This document shows, piece after piece, positions 26,349-26,519 of a stretch of DNA of 26,519 bases (the stretch's first letter is position 1; each line of letters starts with the position of its first letter). The translations under genes and the position numbers were made by a program. Under the pieces are notes generated by a model. That model worked only from the letters and a program-made list of their open reading frames with translations. It searched no databases and had not been told where the DNA came from. Origin of the DNA: Candidatus Iainarchaeum sp. (GTDB taxonomy: Archaea > B1Sed10-29 > WALL01); the NCBI GenBank assembly GCA_021162685.1, contig JAGGYF010000041.1:1-26519 (forward strand). The letters run 5' to 3'.

Positions 26349-26519
26349 TGCTAAAACAACAGTTACAACCAAACTCAAATTCCGTATTGGAACAACAATT
26401 GCTGCTTTGCCTTTTGATAATGCTGTAACAAATGCAATAAATGAGATTGTTGCTGTCATTGCTGAAATACCTGCGTATATAATGCCTTCGGTTGTTATGG
26501 TTTTTTCTGACATGAAAAA
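26343..26519 (-). CDS. EamA/DMT-family transporter C-terminal part (window-truncated, last helix apparently missing)
   Basis: My translation ...FFMSEKTITTEGIIYAGISAMTATISFIAFVTALSKGKAAIVVPIRNLSLVVTVVLAL* matches the EamA ALSxGKAxxVVP pattern. Confidence 0.7.
   Translation of the reverse strand, partial: FFMSEKTITTEGIIYAGISAMTATISFIAFVTALSKGKAAIVVPIRNLSLVVTVVLAL

Noticed and set aside
1-26519. CRISPR array, IS element, rRNA or defence island
   Set aside because: No regularly spaced repeats, transposase/integrase motifs or long GC-rich RNA genes seen by eye.

Overview
AT-rich, very compact archaeal chromosomal window. The gene set and short intergenic spaces suggest a DPANN-type genome, but this is inference only. 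Most genes are housekeeping: CCA-adding enzyme, AsnRS, SerRS, RibL, aEF-1beta, Rad50, Pcm and TFE. It also holds a CpaF/VirB11 ATPase, a PadR-COG1361-2x permease-ATPase ABC operon, two transglutaminase-like membrane proteins and five tRNA genes (Arg-GCG, Lys-CTT with a D-loop intron, Gly-GCC with a 37/38 intron, Gly-TCC, Phe-GAA). No transposase, integrase or CRISPR array was seen. Main items beyond the ORF track: (1) an unannotated 38-aa Lys/Thr-repeat micro-gene with its own TATA, SD and hairpin, sharing an identical 44-nt block with the Lys-rich tail of TFE; (2) a GC-rich leader with mutually exclusive pairings, including an SD-occluding one, in front of a Mut7-C RNase gene; (3) a BHB intron at D-loop position 17/17a of tRNA-Lys; (4) a tandem palindromic operator before padR; (5) several decayed genes (MFS, GNAT, EamA).
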